A stretch of DNA of 64,000 nt. Source: Candidatus Calditenuis fumarioli. Its GTDB lineage: Archaea; Thermoproteota; Nitrososphaeria_A; Caldarchaeales; Calditenuaceae. A program made the position numbers and the translations under genes. The notes beneath the pieces were generated by a model. That model was given only the letters and a program-made list of their open reading frames with translations, was not told the origin of the DNA and did not search any database. The stretch lies in contig JANVYR010000001.1 in NCBI GenBank assembly GCA_030059665.1, positions 416,001-480,000 on the forward strand, written 5' to 3'. Each line of letters opens with the position of its first letter. Positions within the stretch are counted from its first letter, which is position 1. This document shows positions 36,129 through 45,387 of the stretch, piece after piece.

Positions 36129-36833
36129 GACCGGCAGGTCGTCCGAGAGGAGCACGACCGCTCCGTCCCTCCTCAGCCCTATGCTGACCGCCCTGACCTC
36201 AACTCCCCTCTCAGCGGACCTCCTCAGAAGCCCAGCCAGCTCCGGGTCGCACGGCTCGCATGGTCTGAAGCGCCTGCACAATGGATGTGCCGCGACGAAC
36301 GCGACGATCGACCGCACGCCTTTCGCCGCGAGCCGCTCCAGCGCCATCAGGTGCCTCCTACCCCTAACGCTGGGTACGTCGGGGTACATGCAGGTGCCAG
36401 AACCGTCGTGGAAGACCGCGGATTTCAGCTCCAAGTATCCCCTCCCGTCGGAGGCCGAGGCGATCTCGTAGTCGAGCCGGACGCCCATGACGCTGACCTC
36501 CCTCCTCGCCAGCTTCCACCCGGAGAGCCAACGTATCAGGTCGGACTCCCAGGCGACCTCGAAGGACCTCGCCTGCAAGTACGGGTCGGTCAGGGCCGCA
36601 TCGCCTTCGGTCACCGCGACGCCAACCAGCACCCCGGAAGTCCTCCTGCGCTCCCAGCCTCTACGCTCGACGTACAGGACCTCCGCACCGGGGACCAGCA
36701 GGTCACCCAATTTCCCCGTGTTCCTGTTGTGCAGCAGGACCTCCCTCCCGGCCGTCGAAACCCTGACCGCGAACCTGTTCACCCTCTCGATGAGGACGCC
36801 GTTCTTCAGCTCGAGCTCGAGGAGTCGTCTCAA
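36117..36833 (-). CDS. sfsA: SfsA-family DNA/RNA nuclease
   Basis: ERVNRF, HNRNTGKLGDLL, RLDY, YLELKS, YPDVPSVRGRRHL motifs. TTG start at 36833. Confidence 0.88.
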   Translation of the reverse strand: MRRLLELELKNGVLIERVNRFAVRVSTAGREVLLHNRNTGKLGDLLVPGAEVLYVERRGWERRRTSGVLVGVAVTEGDAALTDPYLQARSFEVAWESDLIRWLSGWKLARREVSVMGVRLDYEIASASDGRGYLELKSAVFHDGSGTCMYPDVPSVRGRRHLMALERLAAKGVRSIVAFVAAHPLCRRFRPCEPCDPELAGLLRRSAERGVEVRAVSIGLRRDGAVVLLSDDLPVSLA

Positions 36834-36930
36834 CCCACGTCCCTTACACCTTCGCTGTTGGGCCCGTAAGTATAACGGTGACCGAGGCGCCCTACGCCTC
36901 CCCGCGAAACACCGGGATGACCCTCCGCGG

Positions 36931-37857
36931 TCAGAGGAGCGAGGCCCCAATTAGCAGGTAGAGCGCGTATCCTGCGATCCCAACGACGAGGAGCCTGGCC
37001 GAGTGACGCCGGAGCAGAACGGCGTACAGCGCACCGAACGCGGAGTAGAGCGCAACTGCCCAGAGCTCTTCAGCGGGAACGGCTGATCCCGTTGCGACGA
37101 GACCCAGGCCGATCACGAGCGACGACTGGAGGACGTTCTCTCCGGAGAGGAGCGAGAGCCCCATCGACGCGTTCCCCCTGGCCGTCCAGAGGAAGGCGAC
37201 CAGGACCTCCACCAGGCACGTCGCCAACGGCGATAGCAGAAGCCCGTAGGCCAGCGGGTTGCCGGTGACGACGACGGAGTCGAGGAAGGCATCGGCCGCC
37301 CAGACCATCAGGAGTGAAGAGGAGGCGGTTTGAAGTGCGACCAGCGCCGTGCTCCTGCGACCAGCCAACCTCTTGAGGTATGAGGCCTCGGCTTCCATCA
37401 GCTCCCCCGGCTCCCTCAATATACTGCGTCCCACCAGCACGAAGGCCAGCAAATAGAAGGATCCCAAGGCGAAGAGGAAAGCGGGGCTGCTGAGGAAGGG
37501 AGTCAGGAGCGCAGGCAGCATCAGAACCGAGAACCGGAGATAGGTCCTCGATACCTTCCTCGGGGTTTCTGGGTCCTTCAGGAAGAGCCCGACGATGGGT
37601 GCGCCGATCAGGAGCGTGATCGAGGGCGCTGCCACTACGCTCGTGATACCGACCTCCCGCGCGGCCGCTGCCTCATGGAACGGGCTAACGACGGCTATGA
37701 TCAGCTCAGGTAGCGCCGTTAGAGCTGCTGCGAGGAGCGAACCGGTCGCAAACCTGGTCAGCCCCAACCTCTCGCCGAGTGCCTCGACGCCGTTCACGAA
37801 GGCGAGGGCCGATGCCAGGAGCATCGCTATCGAAGCTCCCAGCTCTGATGGGATCAC
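36931..37857 (-). CDS. Sodium/calcium exchanger-family membrane protein
   Basis: Two alpha-repeats (LAAALTALPELII; LLSPLATCLVE...GEN). Confidence 0.75.
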   Translation of the reverse strand: MIPSELGASIAMLLASALAFVNGVEALGERLGLTRFATGSLLAAALTALPELIIAVVSPFHEAAAAREVGITSVVAAPSITLLIGAPIVGLFLKDPETPRKVSRTYLRFSVLMLPALLTPFLSSPAFLFALGSFYLLAFVLVGRSILREPGELMEAEASYLKRLAGRRSTALVALQTASSSLLMVWAADAFLDSVVVTGNPLAYGLLLSPLATCLVEVLVAFLWTARGNASMGLSLLSGENVLQSSLVIGLGLVATGSAVPAEELWAVALYSAFGALYAVLLRRHSARLLVVGIAGYALYLLIGASLL

Positions 37858-37895
37858 GCTGGCATGTTAGCCGCGAAAAATCGTAATAAACCTAT

Positions 37896-38801
37896 TCAGA
37901 CCAGCCAGGCTGCGGTGAAGCCGAGCAGCGAGGTCGCTGCGCTCCAAAGGACCACCCGTGCCACGGACCTCCAGCCCACGAGGTGGGGCGTTAACAGCGG
38001 TAGCAGCGCGGCCGAAGCCAGGACGTAGTGCGAGACGCTCGTCGGCACCGAAAGCAGGAGGAAGATCCACATGGTCAGCGACGACCCAACGGCTGCCGAC
38101 GCGATTCCCTGGGGAGGCATCCGGGCGACCCTCTCAGCGATGAAGTCCCACATGGCCTTGCCGGGTAACAGGACGCCGAGCGTCCAGAAGATTGCCACGA
38201 CCGCGTGCGCCACCGGCCAACCCCACCCGCTCACGAGCGATGCGAGGAAGCCCATGTTGTTCCCCGCGACGGAATAGGTAAGCGCGAAGGAGGCGACGTA
38301 GATCGATGCGCGGTTGATGGCGTCAACGGTCAGGACGTCGAGCCTCCTGAAGAGCTGTTTGACGAGGGCGTAGAGGGAGATCGAGATCGAGGCAGCGATG
38401 AAGGGCCCCGCCACCCAGCCCATCAGCAGGTATGCGACACCCGATGGGTTGATCGGAGCCCCCGACCTCAGGACCCAGCCCATCATCGTCATGACGAGAA
38501 CGTGCGAGTAGCTCACTGGAGTCGAGGTCAGGCTCCCCGCGATGAGCAGCAGGAGTGTTATCAGGAGCACGGTTGTCAGGTCGAGGCGCGATGCCCCCTC
38601 CGAGAAGATGGCCGTGTGGGTGACCCCTCTCCCGCCGATCACGGTTCCCAAGAGACCTCCCAGCAGCACCGCGGCCGCTGACCTCCGCGCGCCCATTCCG
38701 GAGCGGGTGAGGCTGACGATCAGGGAGCCTGTGCTCCACCCGTGCGTGAAGGCCACCGAGGCCGCGAGGACCGCCTCCAGGAGGGTTTGGTCTGAGAACA
38801 T
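37896..38801 (-). CDS. PiT-family inorganic phosphate transporter
   Basis: FTHGWST, TPVSYSH, GNNMG and PTSVSH repeats. Confidence 0.8.
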   Translation of the reverse strand: MFSDQTLLEAVLAASVAFTHGWSTGSLIVSLTRSGMGARRSAAAVLLGGLLGTVIGGRGVTHTAIFSEGASRLDLTTVLLITLLLLIAGSLTSTPVSYSHVLVMTMMGWVLRSGAPINPSGVAYLLMGWVAGPFIAASISISLYALVKQLFRRLDVLTVDAINRASIYVASFALTYSVAGNNMGFLASLVSGWGWPVAHAVVAIFWTLGVLLPGKAMWDFIAERVARMPPQGIASAAVGSSLTMWIFLLLSVPTSVSHYVLASAALLPLLTPHLVGWRSVARVVLWSAATSLLGFTAAWLV

Positions 38802-38802
38802 G

Positions 38803-39480
38803 TCAGCCGTAGCTCACCGCGATGACGTTCAGCAGCACGTCGCTCGAGTCCTCGGCCGCGTCGCAGACGCTGTCCAGGAGCAGAACGAACTCCCGCATGA
38901 GCACGAAGTCCGCAGGGTTCATGCTCCCCTTCCTCTCGAAGAGGCCCCTGATGGCGTCGTCCTTGTGCTCGTCCGCCTCCTCCTCCCACTCCTCGACGAC
39001 GTGCAGCTCCTCCAGCGCTATCTTCCTGCCAGCGGCCATGTTCCTCAGCACCGAGAGGAGCGAGTCGATGCACTGGGACTGACAGTGAAGGAGCTTCTGC
39101 AGCGGCTCTGACCTGAGGAGCGGGACGAAGTCGACTCCCGAAACGGCAGCCAGGTAGAGGAGCCTCCCTGCGTCCTTCGAGTAGTCAGCTATCTTGTCCA
39201 TCCTCTCCACGAGCTCGAGGAGCAGCTCTCTGACGTTCGCGAGGAAGCTGCCCCGCGAGATCTCCTCCGACAGCCTCCTCCGCGTGAAGTCGGCCCGCGC
39301 CTCGCGCTCCATCAGCTCCCTGTAGGCCTCCGAGATCTCCGACTCGCGACCTTCGACCAGGCCCTCGATCAGATCCCTCAGCGCCGCAGCTGTTAGGGCC
39401 ACCTCCTGGCCGTAGCTCAGGATTCCGGAGAGGACCTCGTTCTCGCGCCTCGTGAACGATCCCAGCAGCCGCCGGATCAA
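38803..39480 (-). CDS. DUF47/PhoU-like phosphate transport regulator
   Basis: E..AD repeats (MEREARAD; EEEADEH), MDKIAD and CDAAEDSSD; upstream of PiT. Confidence 0.85.
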   Translation of the reverse strand: MIRRLLGSFTRRENEVLSGILSYGQEVALTAAALRDLIEGLVEGRESEISEAYRELMEREARADFTRRRLSEEISRGSFLANVRELLLELVERMDKIADYSKDAGRLLYLAAVSGVDFVPLLRSEPLQKLLHCQSQCIDSLLSVLRNMAAGRKIALEELHVVEEWEEEADEHKDDAIRGLFERKGSMNPADFVLMREFVLLLDSVCDAAEDSSDVLLNVIAVSYG

Positions 39481-39629
39481 CTCCGTCTGTCGGGTGACCT
39501 TGATCGAGTCCGGTTAATAGGCGAGAGTCCGTCAACGGAGGGCTCGTCGACTTGCGGCGGTAAAACTCGGTGAGCTCGTCCCGTGGCGCAGAGCTTAACG
39601 TTTTCAACGGACGCCGAGGGGGTGGTCGC

Positions 39630-40070
39630 GTGCCCAGAAGGCCCAGGGATTTCTTCAGCAGGCGTTACAGGCACCGCATCGGTTACGAGGGAGAGTACTA
39701 CCTGATCCGGAAGCTCAACGACCTGAAAAGGCCCGGTTACTGCGCGGTCAGGACGCCCGGCAGCGGTACCGGAAAGCTGAGCGTGAAGCCGGACATACTC
39801 GCCGTGGACGGAGGCGAGCTCTGCGCGATCGAGGTCAAGTCCACCAACAAGAGGGAGGTCTACATAGGCAGGGAGCAGCTGGAGCGGTTGCTGGCCTTCA
39901 CCTGTCTCTTCGTGGTCCGGTGTCCGTCCTGCGGTCACGAGATACGCCCGAAACCTTTGGTCGCGGTCCGGTTCCTCAACAGGGGCTGGGTCATCCGGGA
40001 GGTGGAGGAAGTAAGGGAGGGAATCACGGTCAGGGCGGAGGAGGTGGGCGATGGTGATCGCTCAGGGTAA
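39630..40070 (+). CDS. Hjc-like Holliday junction resolvase, copy 2, with CxxC insertion
   Basis: GYEGE...AVRTPGSG...KPDILAV...IEVKST; CPSCG insert. GTG 39630 chosen as start. Confidence 0.78.
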   Translation: MPRRPRDFFSRRYRHRIGYEGEYYLIRKLNDLKRPGYCAVRTPGSGTGKLSVKPDILAVDGGELCAIEVKSTNKREVYIGREQLERLLAFTCLFVVRCPSCGHEIRPKPLVAVRFLNRGWVIREVEEVREGITVRAEEVGDGDRSG

Positions 40071-40809
40071 GAGGGTCCTGATAGCGGGAGCGACCTCGGA
40101 GATAGGAGCCGAGACGGCCAGGCTGCTCGCGAGGGAGGGCGCCGACCTCATGCTCGTCTCCCGGCGCAGGGAGGTGCTCGAGAGGCTCTCGTCGGAGTGT
40201 GCTGAAGCCGGACGAAAAGTGATCTCGCTGCCGTTGGACCTCACCCACCCCTCTTCCGTCTCGAGGCTGAGGTCGGAGGTCGAAGGGAGGTTCGGGAAAC
40301 TCGACGCGCTGGTCAGCTACGTCGGTTACCCCTTCGATCCCAACCTGTGGTACAGGAGCGTGGAGGAGCTGACGGAGGAGGAGCTCAGAACGGTCTTCGA
40401 GGTGGACTTCTTCGCCAACTTCAGGCTGGTCAGAGCTCTTCTCCCCCTCCTCCGCGGAGGCGTTTTGATCCTCACGTCCTCCACGCCGGCCCTCTCCTGG
40501 TACAGGTACGGTTCGGCCTACTCGATGGCGAAGATCGCGGTTGTGGGTCTGGTCAGGGCGGTCGCAGCGGAGTACCGACGGCTCGGCGTGAGGGCCTACG
40601 CCTTGGCCCTCGGCAACATCAGGACGGGCCCCACCTACGGCGGCATGAGCGAGGAGGAGCGGCGGGCTTTAGCAGAAGAGTCACCGATGGGGAGATGGGG
40701 TGAGCCGGTCGAGGTGGCGCGGGTCGTCCTCGCCCTGATCTCCGACCTCTTCAGCTTCGTCAACGGGCAGGTCATCGTCGTCGACGGCGGCACCTTAATG
40801 CTCGGCTGA
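40051..40809 (+). CDS. SDR-family oxidoreductase
   Basis: GATSEIG, YSMAK (YxxxK) and VNGQVIVVDGG motifs. Confidence 0.9.
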   Translation: MVIAQGKRVLIAGATSEIGAETARLLAREGADLMLVSRRREVLERLSSECAEAGRKVISLPLDLTHPSSVSRLRSEVEGRFGKLDALVSYVGYPFDPNLWYRSVEELTEEELRTVFEVDFFANFRLVRALLPLLRGGVLILTSSTPALSWYRYGSAYSMAKIAVVGLVRAVAAEYRRLGVRAYALALGNIRTGPTYGGMSEEERRALAEESPMGRWGEPVEVARVVLALISDLFSFVNGQVIVVDGGTLMLG

Positions 40810-40864
40810 GCCAGCCGCAAAGAAACTAAAAACTTGGTCGTCGCGAGGGGTCGGTGGATAGGTC

Positions 40865-41329
40865 TTGATCGAGAAGAAGTCGGCTGGTGCGGTGATCTTC
40901 AACGAGACGCTCGGCGAGCGGTACTACCTGCTACTGCTGTACGACGCAGGTCACTGGGACTTCCCCAAAGGAGGGATAGAGGAGGGCGAGACCGAGCTGG
41001 ACGCCGTGAGGAGGGAGGTCAGGGAGGAGACAGGGATAACGGACCTGAAGCTGATAGAGGGCTTCCGTCAGACGATATCGTACCAGTTCAGGAGTCAGGA
41101 GGGCGAGATCAACAAGACCGTCGTCTTCTACCTCGCCAGCACCTCCACCTTCAAGGTGAGGCTCAGTCATGAGCACAAGGCCTACGCCTGGCTGAAGTAC
41201 GAGGACGCGCTGGAGCAGCTGACCTACGACACGGCCAGGTCCGTGCTGAGGGTCGCCCACAAATTCCTCGAGGGCCTGTCCAGGACAAAGGTCAATGAGG
41301 GGCAGAAGACCAGCACCGCGAAGTGGTGA
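40865..41329 (+). CDS. NUDIX hydrolase (Ap4A hydrolase-like)
   Basis: WDFPKG plus Nudix box GGIEEGETELDAVRREVREETG; LSHEH. Confidence 0.9.
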   Translation: MIEKKSAGAVIFNETLGERYYLLLLYDAGHWDFPKGGIEEGETELDAVRREVREETGITDLKLIEGFRQTISYQFRSQEGEINKTVVFYLASTSTFKVRLSHEHKAYAWLKYEDALEQLTYDTARSVLRVAHKFLEGLSRTKVNEGQKTSTAKW

Positions 41330-41338
41330 GGTGCGGAG

Positions 41339-43069
41339 ATGAGCAGGCGTGCGGAGATGCGGGCCTTAGCGACCTTCACGATCGCGGCGATGCTCCTGAC
41401 CGCGCTCCTAATGGTCCAGCTCGGATACGCCCAGACGACTGACCTGCAGCTCAAGGTGGTCGATTACAACGGCAACCCAGTCGGCAACGTCGAGGTCGTC
41501 CTGACCAACTCCACGCTCAGGAGGACCTTCAGGTCGACCAGCGCCGGCATCGCCACCTTCAGGGGCCTCTCACCCGGAGAGTACAACGTTCAGGTCTCGA
41601 TCGATGGGGTTCTGGTCGCGAACGAGACCGTCCGGGTCCCGCATGAGGGCGAGAGGATCGTGAGGCTTGCGGTTGCGTCCCTGGCGGTGAAGGTGCTCGA
41701 CGCAGAAGGGCGTGGAGCGAAGGGGGTGACCGTTCAGGTCAGGTCGTCCACCGGAAAGATCGAGCGCTCAGCGACCACCTCCGACGAGGGATCCTCAAGC
41801 TTCAGCAATTTGCCGCTCTCGACGCTGCGAGATGTTGGATCCTACAACGTCACCGTAAGGGTGATGAACGCGACGGTGCTGAGCGTCAACGTCGATCACG
41901 CTCCCCTCAACAGGACGCTGGAGCTGATAGCGCCGCTCGTGAGGTTGGGGTTCGAGGTGCTCGACCTCGGAGGGGAACCGGTAAACGACGTCGAGCTGAG
42001 GATCTCCGCCAGCGGGGTCCTCTTCTCCTCAACCGTCAGGGATGGCAAGGCGGCCTTCTCGGGCGTCCCCACGTCCTCTGTTGTCGGCTCCTATCAGGTC
42101 GTCGCTTCCAAGACTTACAGCGGCAGGAAGCTGACCGTTCTCTCCTCCACACTGAGCGTCTCGGAGTCGGTCAACACCACCCTTGTGGCGAACGTCGCCG
42201 ACCTCCAGGCGCTTCTCCTCGCGGACGGTGAAGACCCTGTCAGGGGAGCTGCGGTCACGGTCGTCTCGACCTCGGGTGTCAGGATTGCCACCGGGACCAC
42301 CGATGCGTCGGGAAGGGTCGTCTTCGAGGACCTCCCGGTAAGCTCGCTTACCGAGGTCGGGCCGCTCGAAGTCAGGGTCTCCCTCCAGGGCAAATCGTTG
42401 CTGAACAGCACCGTGCAGCTAACGGGCCCGATCGAGGACCTGAAGCTGGAACTCCGGAGAAGGGACGTCTCCATCAGGCTGGTCAAGCCCGACGGCTCGC
42501 CCCTCGAGGGAGCGACGATGGAGCTCACGGAACCCGGGACCAACAGGAAGGTCTCCGTCGGCACCGGCGCTGACGGGGTAGCGAGGTTCCGCGTCCTTCC
42601 GGTAAGGGCCCAGGTCAGCGTGCTCTACAAGGGCATCTTGGTCCACTCGGAAACCCTCGACTTCTCCTCCGCACCAGAGGCGTTGAGGGTCAACGGCGTC
42701 TCGATGCCAGTGAACCTCGAGTACCGGGACTGGACCGGTGCCCCGCTCAGGGGCCTCCGTGCGAGGGTCTGGTACGAGGGCCAGGAGCTTCCGGTCGAGG
42801 TCAGGGACGGCACCGTGAGCTTCGTGATGCCTGTGCGGGGAACGGCTATCGTTGAGGTCTCCCTCGGAGGACAGTTCCTGGAGCGGCGCGAGCTCAAGAT
42901 CGACGAACCCACGAACCTGACCATCTACGTCAGGGGCCTCCAGGTCGGCGGAGACGTCGTGCCTCCAGAGGTCATCGGAACCGCAGGGGCCGTCGCCCTC
43001 TCCGCGGTTCTCCTGGCGCTCGGCGTTCTGATCTACGTCAGGACCGTCAAGTCCCTGCGGAGGAGTTGA
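41339..43069 (+). CDS. Secreted, C-terminally anchored protein with about six carboxypeptidase-regulatory-like beta-sandwich repeats
   Basis: Signal peptide; repeats of the form L.V.V.D..G.P..G..V; C-terminal TM helix and basic tail. Confidence 0.75.
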   Translation: MSRRAEMRALATFTIAAMLLTALLMVQLGYAQTTDLQLKVVDYNGNPVGNVEVVLTNSTLRRTFRSTSAGIATFRGLSPGEYNVQVSIDGVLVANETVRVPHEGERIVRLAVASLAVKVLDAEGRGAKGVTVQVRSSTGKIERSATTSDEGSSSFSNLPLSTLRDVGSYNVTVRVMNATVLSVNVDHAPLNRTLELIAPLVRLGFEVLDLGGEPVNDVELRISASGVLFSSTVRDGKAAFSGVPTSSVVGSYQVVASKTYSGRKLTVLSSTLSVSESVNTTLVANVADLQALLLADGEDPVRGAAVTVVSTSGVRIATGTTDASGRVVFEDLPVSSLTEVGPLEVRVSLQGKSLLNSTVQLTGPIEDLKLELRRRDVSIRLVKPDGSPLEGATMELTEPGTNRKVSVGTGADGVARFRVLPVRAQVSVLYKGILVHSETLDFSSAPEALRVNGVSMPVNLEYRDWTGAPLRGLRARVWYEGQELPVEVRDGTVSFVMPVRGTAIVEVSLGGQFLERRELKIDEPTNLTIYVRGLQVGGDVVPPEVIGTAGAVALSAVLLALGVLIYVRTVKSLRRS

Positions 43070-43967
43070 GGACCTTCTCGTACAGCTCAAGGTACATTTT
43101 GCTAACGACGCGGTAATCGAACCGTCTCACCAGCTCCTTCCCCCTCCTCACCAACCTCTCCCTCTCGTCCTCGAGCCTCCTGAAGGCCTCCACCCAGCTT
43201 TCGACTGTGGGTTCGGTCAGAAGTAGCGCGTCCCTGAAGGGCGTGAAGGCGGGGAGCTCGTTCGCGATGACAGGGCAGCCGGAGGCCCAGGCTTCGAGCA
43301 TCACGCTCGGCATCCCCTCCCACACCGATGTTATCATGAGGCAAGTGGCCGACTTCATGTGGGATATCACGACCTCCCACGGAGCCAGCTCCTCCACCCC
43401 GAAGGCCTTGTACCTGACCCCGAGCCTCCTAACCACCGCTGAGAACAACCTGTAGTTCTTGATGGGATCGTTCCGGCCGACGAAGAGGACGTAGCTCTCG
43501 CCCGAGGGCCTGATCCGCTCGATCGCGCTCAGGTCCGTCATGTTGGGTATCCAGAGCCACCCGCGCCTCTCGGCCTCGAGCTTCATCACCGAGGTGTAAG
43601 CGGCCGTCTTCGACCTGAAGGCCCTGAGGCCGAGGTCCATCAGGTCCGTCAGCCGACCGTACTTCCGCCTGAACTCGGCCTCGCCGCCGTGAACAGTGAC
43701 GACCCCGCGCTCCGCGCCGAGGAGAGCCGGGAATAGCTTCGGCGAGTGCAGGTGGACTAGGTCGTATTTCCTCAGGAGAGGTGCCGAGAAAAGGGCGAGG
43801 GAGAGCGAGCCCGTCTTCGGGAGGCGGAGGTGTGGGACGTTGCCGGAGTGGAGCACCGAGACCTCGACCCCCAGCTCCCTCAGACCACGCTCCAGCAGCA
43901 TCACGTGCCGGCCCGATCCGCTGCCGCCGCCGTAGGTGTAGTTCACCAATGCGACCCTCAACCCCAA
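43047..43967 (-). CDS. Glycosyltransferase family 4
   Basis: DLVHLH, LFVGR and [21 protein letters not shown] motifs. Confidence 0.88.
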   Translation of the reverse strand: MGLRVALVNYTYGGGSGSGRHVMLLERGLRELGVEVSVLHSGNVPHLRLPKTGSLSLALFSAPLLRKYDLVHLHSPKLFPALLGAERGVVTVHGGEAEFRRKYGRLTDLMDLGLRAFRSKTAAYTSVMKLEAERRGWLWIPNMTDLSAIERIRPSGESYVLFVGRNDPIKNYRLFSAVVRRLGVRYKAFGVEELAPWEVVISHMKSATCLMITSVWEGMPSVMLEAWASGCPVIANELPAFTPFRDALLLTEPTVESWVEAFRRLEDERERLVRRGKELVRRFDYRVVSKMYLELYEKVLNSSAGT

Positions 43968-44113
43968 CCTCTGCCCTCCGTTGCGTTCATGCCTCTACCC
44001 CTGGCATTGTGCCGTCGCCTGACATACCTGTGGTTCCACGGGCACGTAAACCGGTGTTTTCGGAGCGCCCGACGTCAAACGGTTTATCACTAAGGAAGAG
44101 AGCGGAGATCAGG

Positions 44114-44530
44114 ATGTCGGCGGAGGGAGGGACGCAGCAGGGGCAGAAGACGGTGTGGGGGATAGTCCACATCTACTCGTCCTACAACAACATACTGATC
44201 ACGGTCACCGACATCACCGGCAGCGAGACGATCGCGAAGGCCAGCGGGGGCATGTTCGTCACCGGAGGGAGGATGGAGGCCTCTCCGTACGCGGCGATGA
44301 GGGTGGCCAGCTACGTGATGGAGATAGCCAAGGCAAAGGGCATCAATGCGGTCCACATCCGGGTCAGGGCTCCAGGCGGTGTGAAGTCGAAGACTCCAGG
44401 GCCCGGAACGCAGGCTGCCATCAGGACCATCGCGAGGTCCGGTGTGATGATCGGCAGGATCGAGGACGTTACCCCGATACCGCACGACAGCGTCAGGAAG
44501 AAGGGAGGAAGGCGGGGAAGGAGGGTCTGA
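44114..44530 (+). CDS. rps11: 30S ribosomal protein S11 (uS11)
   Basis: [35 protein letters not shown] and [10 protein letters not shown] motifs. Confidence 0.97.
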   Translation: MSAEGGTQQGQKTVWGIVHIYSSYNNILITVTDITGSETIAKASGGMFVTGGRMEASPYAAMRVASYVMEIAKAKGINAVHIRVRAPGGVKSKTPGPGTQAAIRTIARSGVMIGRIEDVTPIPHDSVRKKGGRRGRRV

Positions 44531-44581
44531 CGAACTGGTTCTGTGCAAGCTAATATTGTCAGAGCCGGAAGTTCAAATGCG

Positions 44582-45076
44582 ATGGTACGGACTTTGCGAT
44601 TGGTGCTGATAGCGGTGGTTGTGATCGTCGTCGCGGCGGTCGGAGGGGCCCTTGCGATCGGTTCGCAGCCCGTCGCGGAGGACGTGGCGGTACGGGTCGG
44701 GTCCAAGACCGCCGGGATCTTCCTCAACCTCAGGAACAACGGCCTGCTACCCGACTGCGTAGTGGGAGTCGATGTGTACGGTGAGGGAAAGGAGGGCCGG
44801 GTCCAGCTGACGGCGGAGCTCCACACCACGGTGATGGAGGGGAACGTGATGAGGATGGTCAAGGTGGATCGCGTCTGCGTCGGCCCCCTATCGGTCGTCA
44901 AGATGAGGGGCGCTGAGGGCGAGGGCTACCACGTGATGGTCTTCGGCGACGTCGAGAAGGTTTCGGTCTTCCACGTCTACCTGAAGCTCGAGAGCGGGAA
45001 GGTCGTGCACTTCCACGTCATGGCCACTGAGGGCTCTCAGATGGGGGGCATGCACGAATCCCATAGCCACGGCTGA
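44582..45076 (+). CDS. PCu(A)C copper chaperone
   Basis: Signal anchor, ELHTTVMEGNVMRM, GYHVM and His/Met-rich tail. Confidence 0.88.
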   Translation: MVRTLRLVLIAVVVIVVAAVGGALAIGSQPVAEDVAVRVGSKTAGIFLNLRNNGLLPDCVVGVDVYGEGKEGRVQLTAELHTTVMEGNVMRMVKVDRVCVGPLSVVKMRGAEGEGYHVMVFGDVEKVSVFHVYLKLESGKVVHFHVMATEGSQMGGMHESHSHG

Positions 45077-45218
45077 TACCCGCCAGACCCTTTCATTTTT
45101 CCACCGATACGTTTGTCATCAGATCTCCGTCAGGCTAAGAGCGCGCAACAGGCACCAAGATCCCACCAGAATTGTTACCATCGCAAGAGGAGATAGAGAT
45201 GTGGTCCCGGGAGGGGGA

Positions 45219-45350
45219 GTGAGGGTTGTCACACAGGCAGTTTTAATGAGCCAAAGTGAAGCGGAACTGATCTCAGAGATAAAGGGTTTCGTCTTCCATC
45301 CCGACTTCTATCCTGAGTTCACCCGGATCTTAGCGGGTGTGGAGCCTTAA
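45219..45350 (+). CDS. Possible 43-aa small ORF with atypical codon usage
   Basis: GGAGGGGGA RBS then GTG; MRVVTQAVLMSQSEAELISEIKGFVFHPDFYPEFTRILAGVEP. Confidence 0.3.
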   Translation: MRVVTQAVLMSQSEAELISEIKGFVFHPDFYPEFTRILAGVEP

Positions 45351-45387
45351 ATCTCGGCGGCACCAGTGGGCTCGAGGGTGATGTGCC

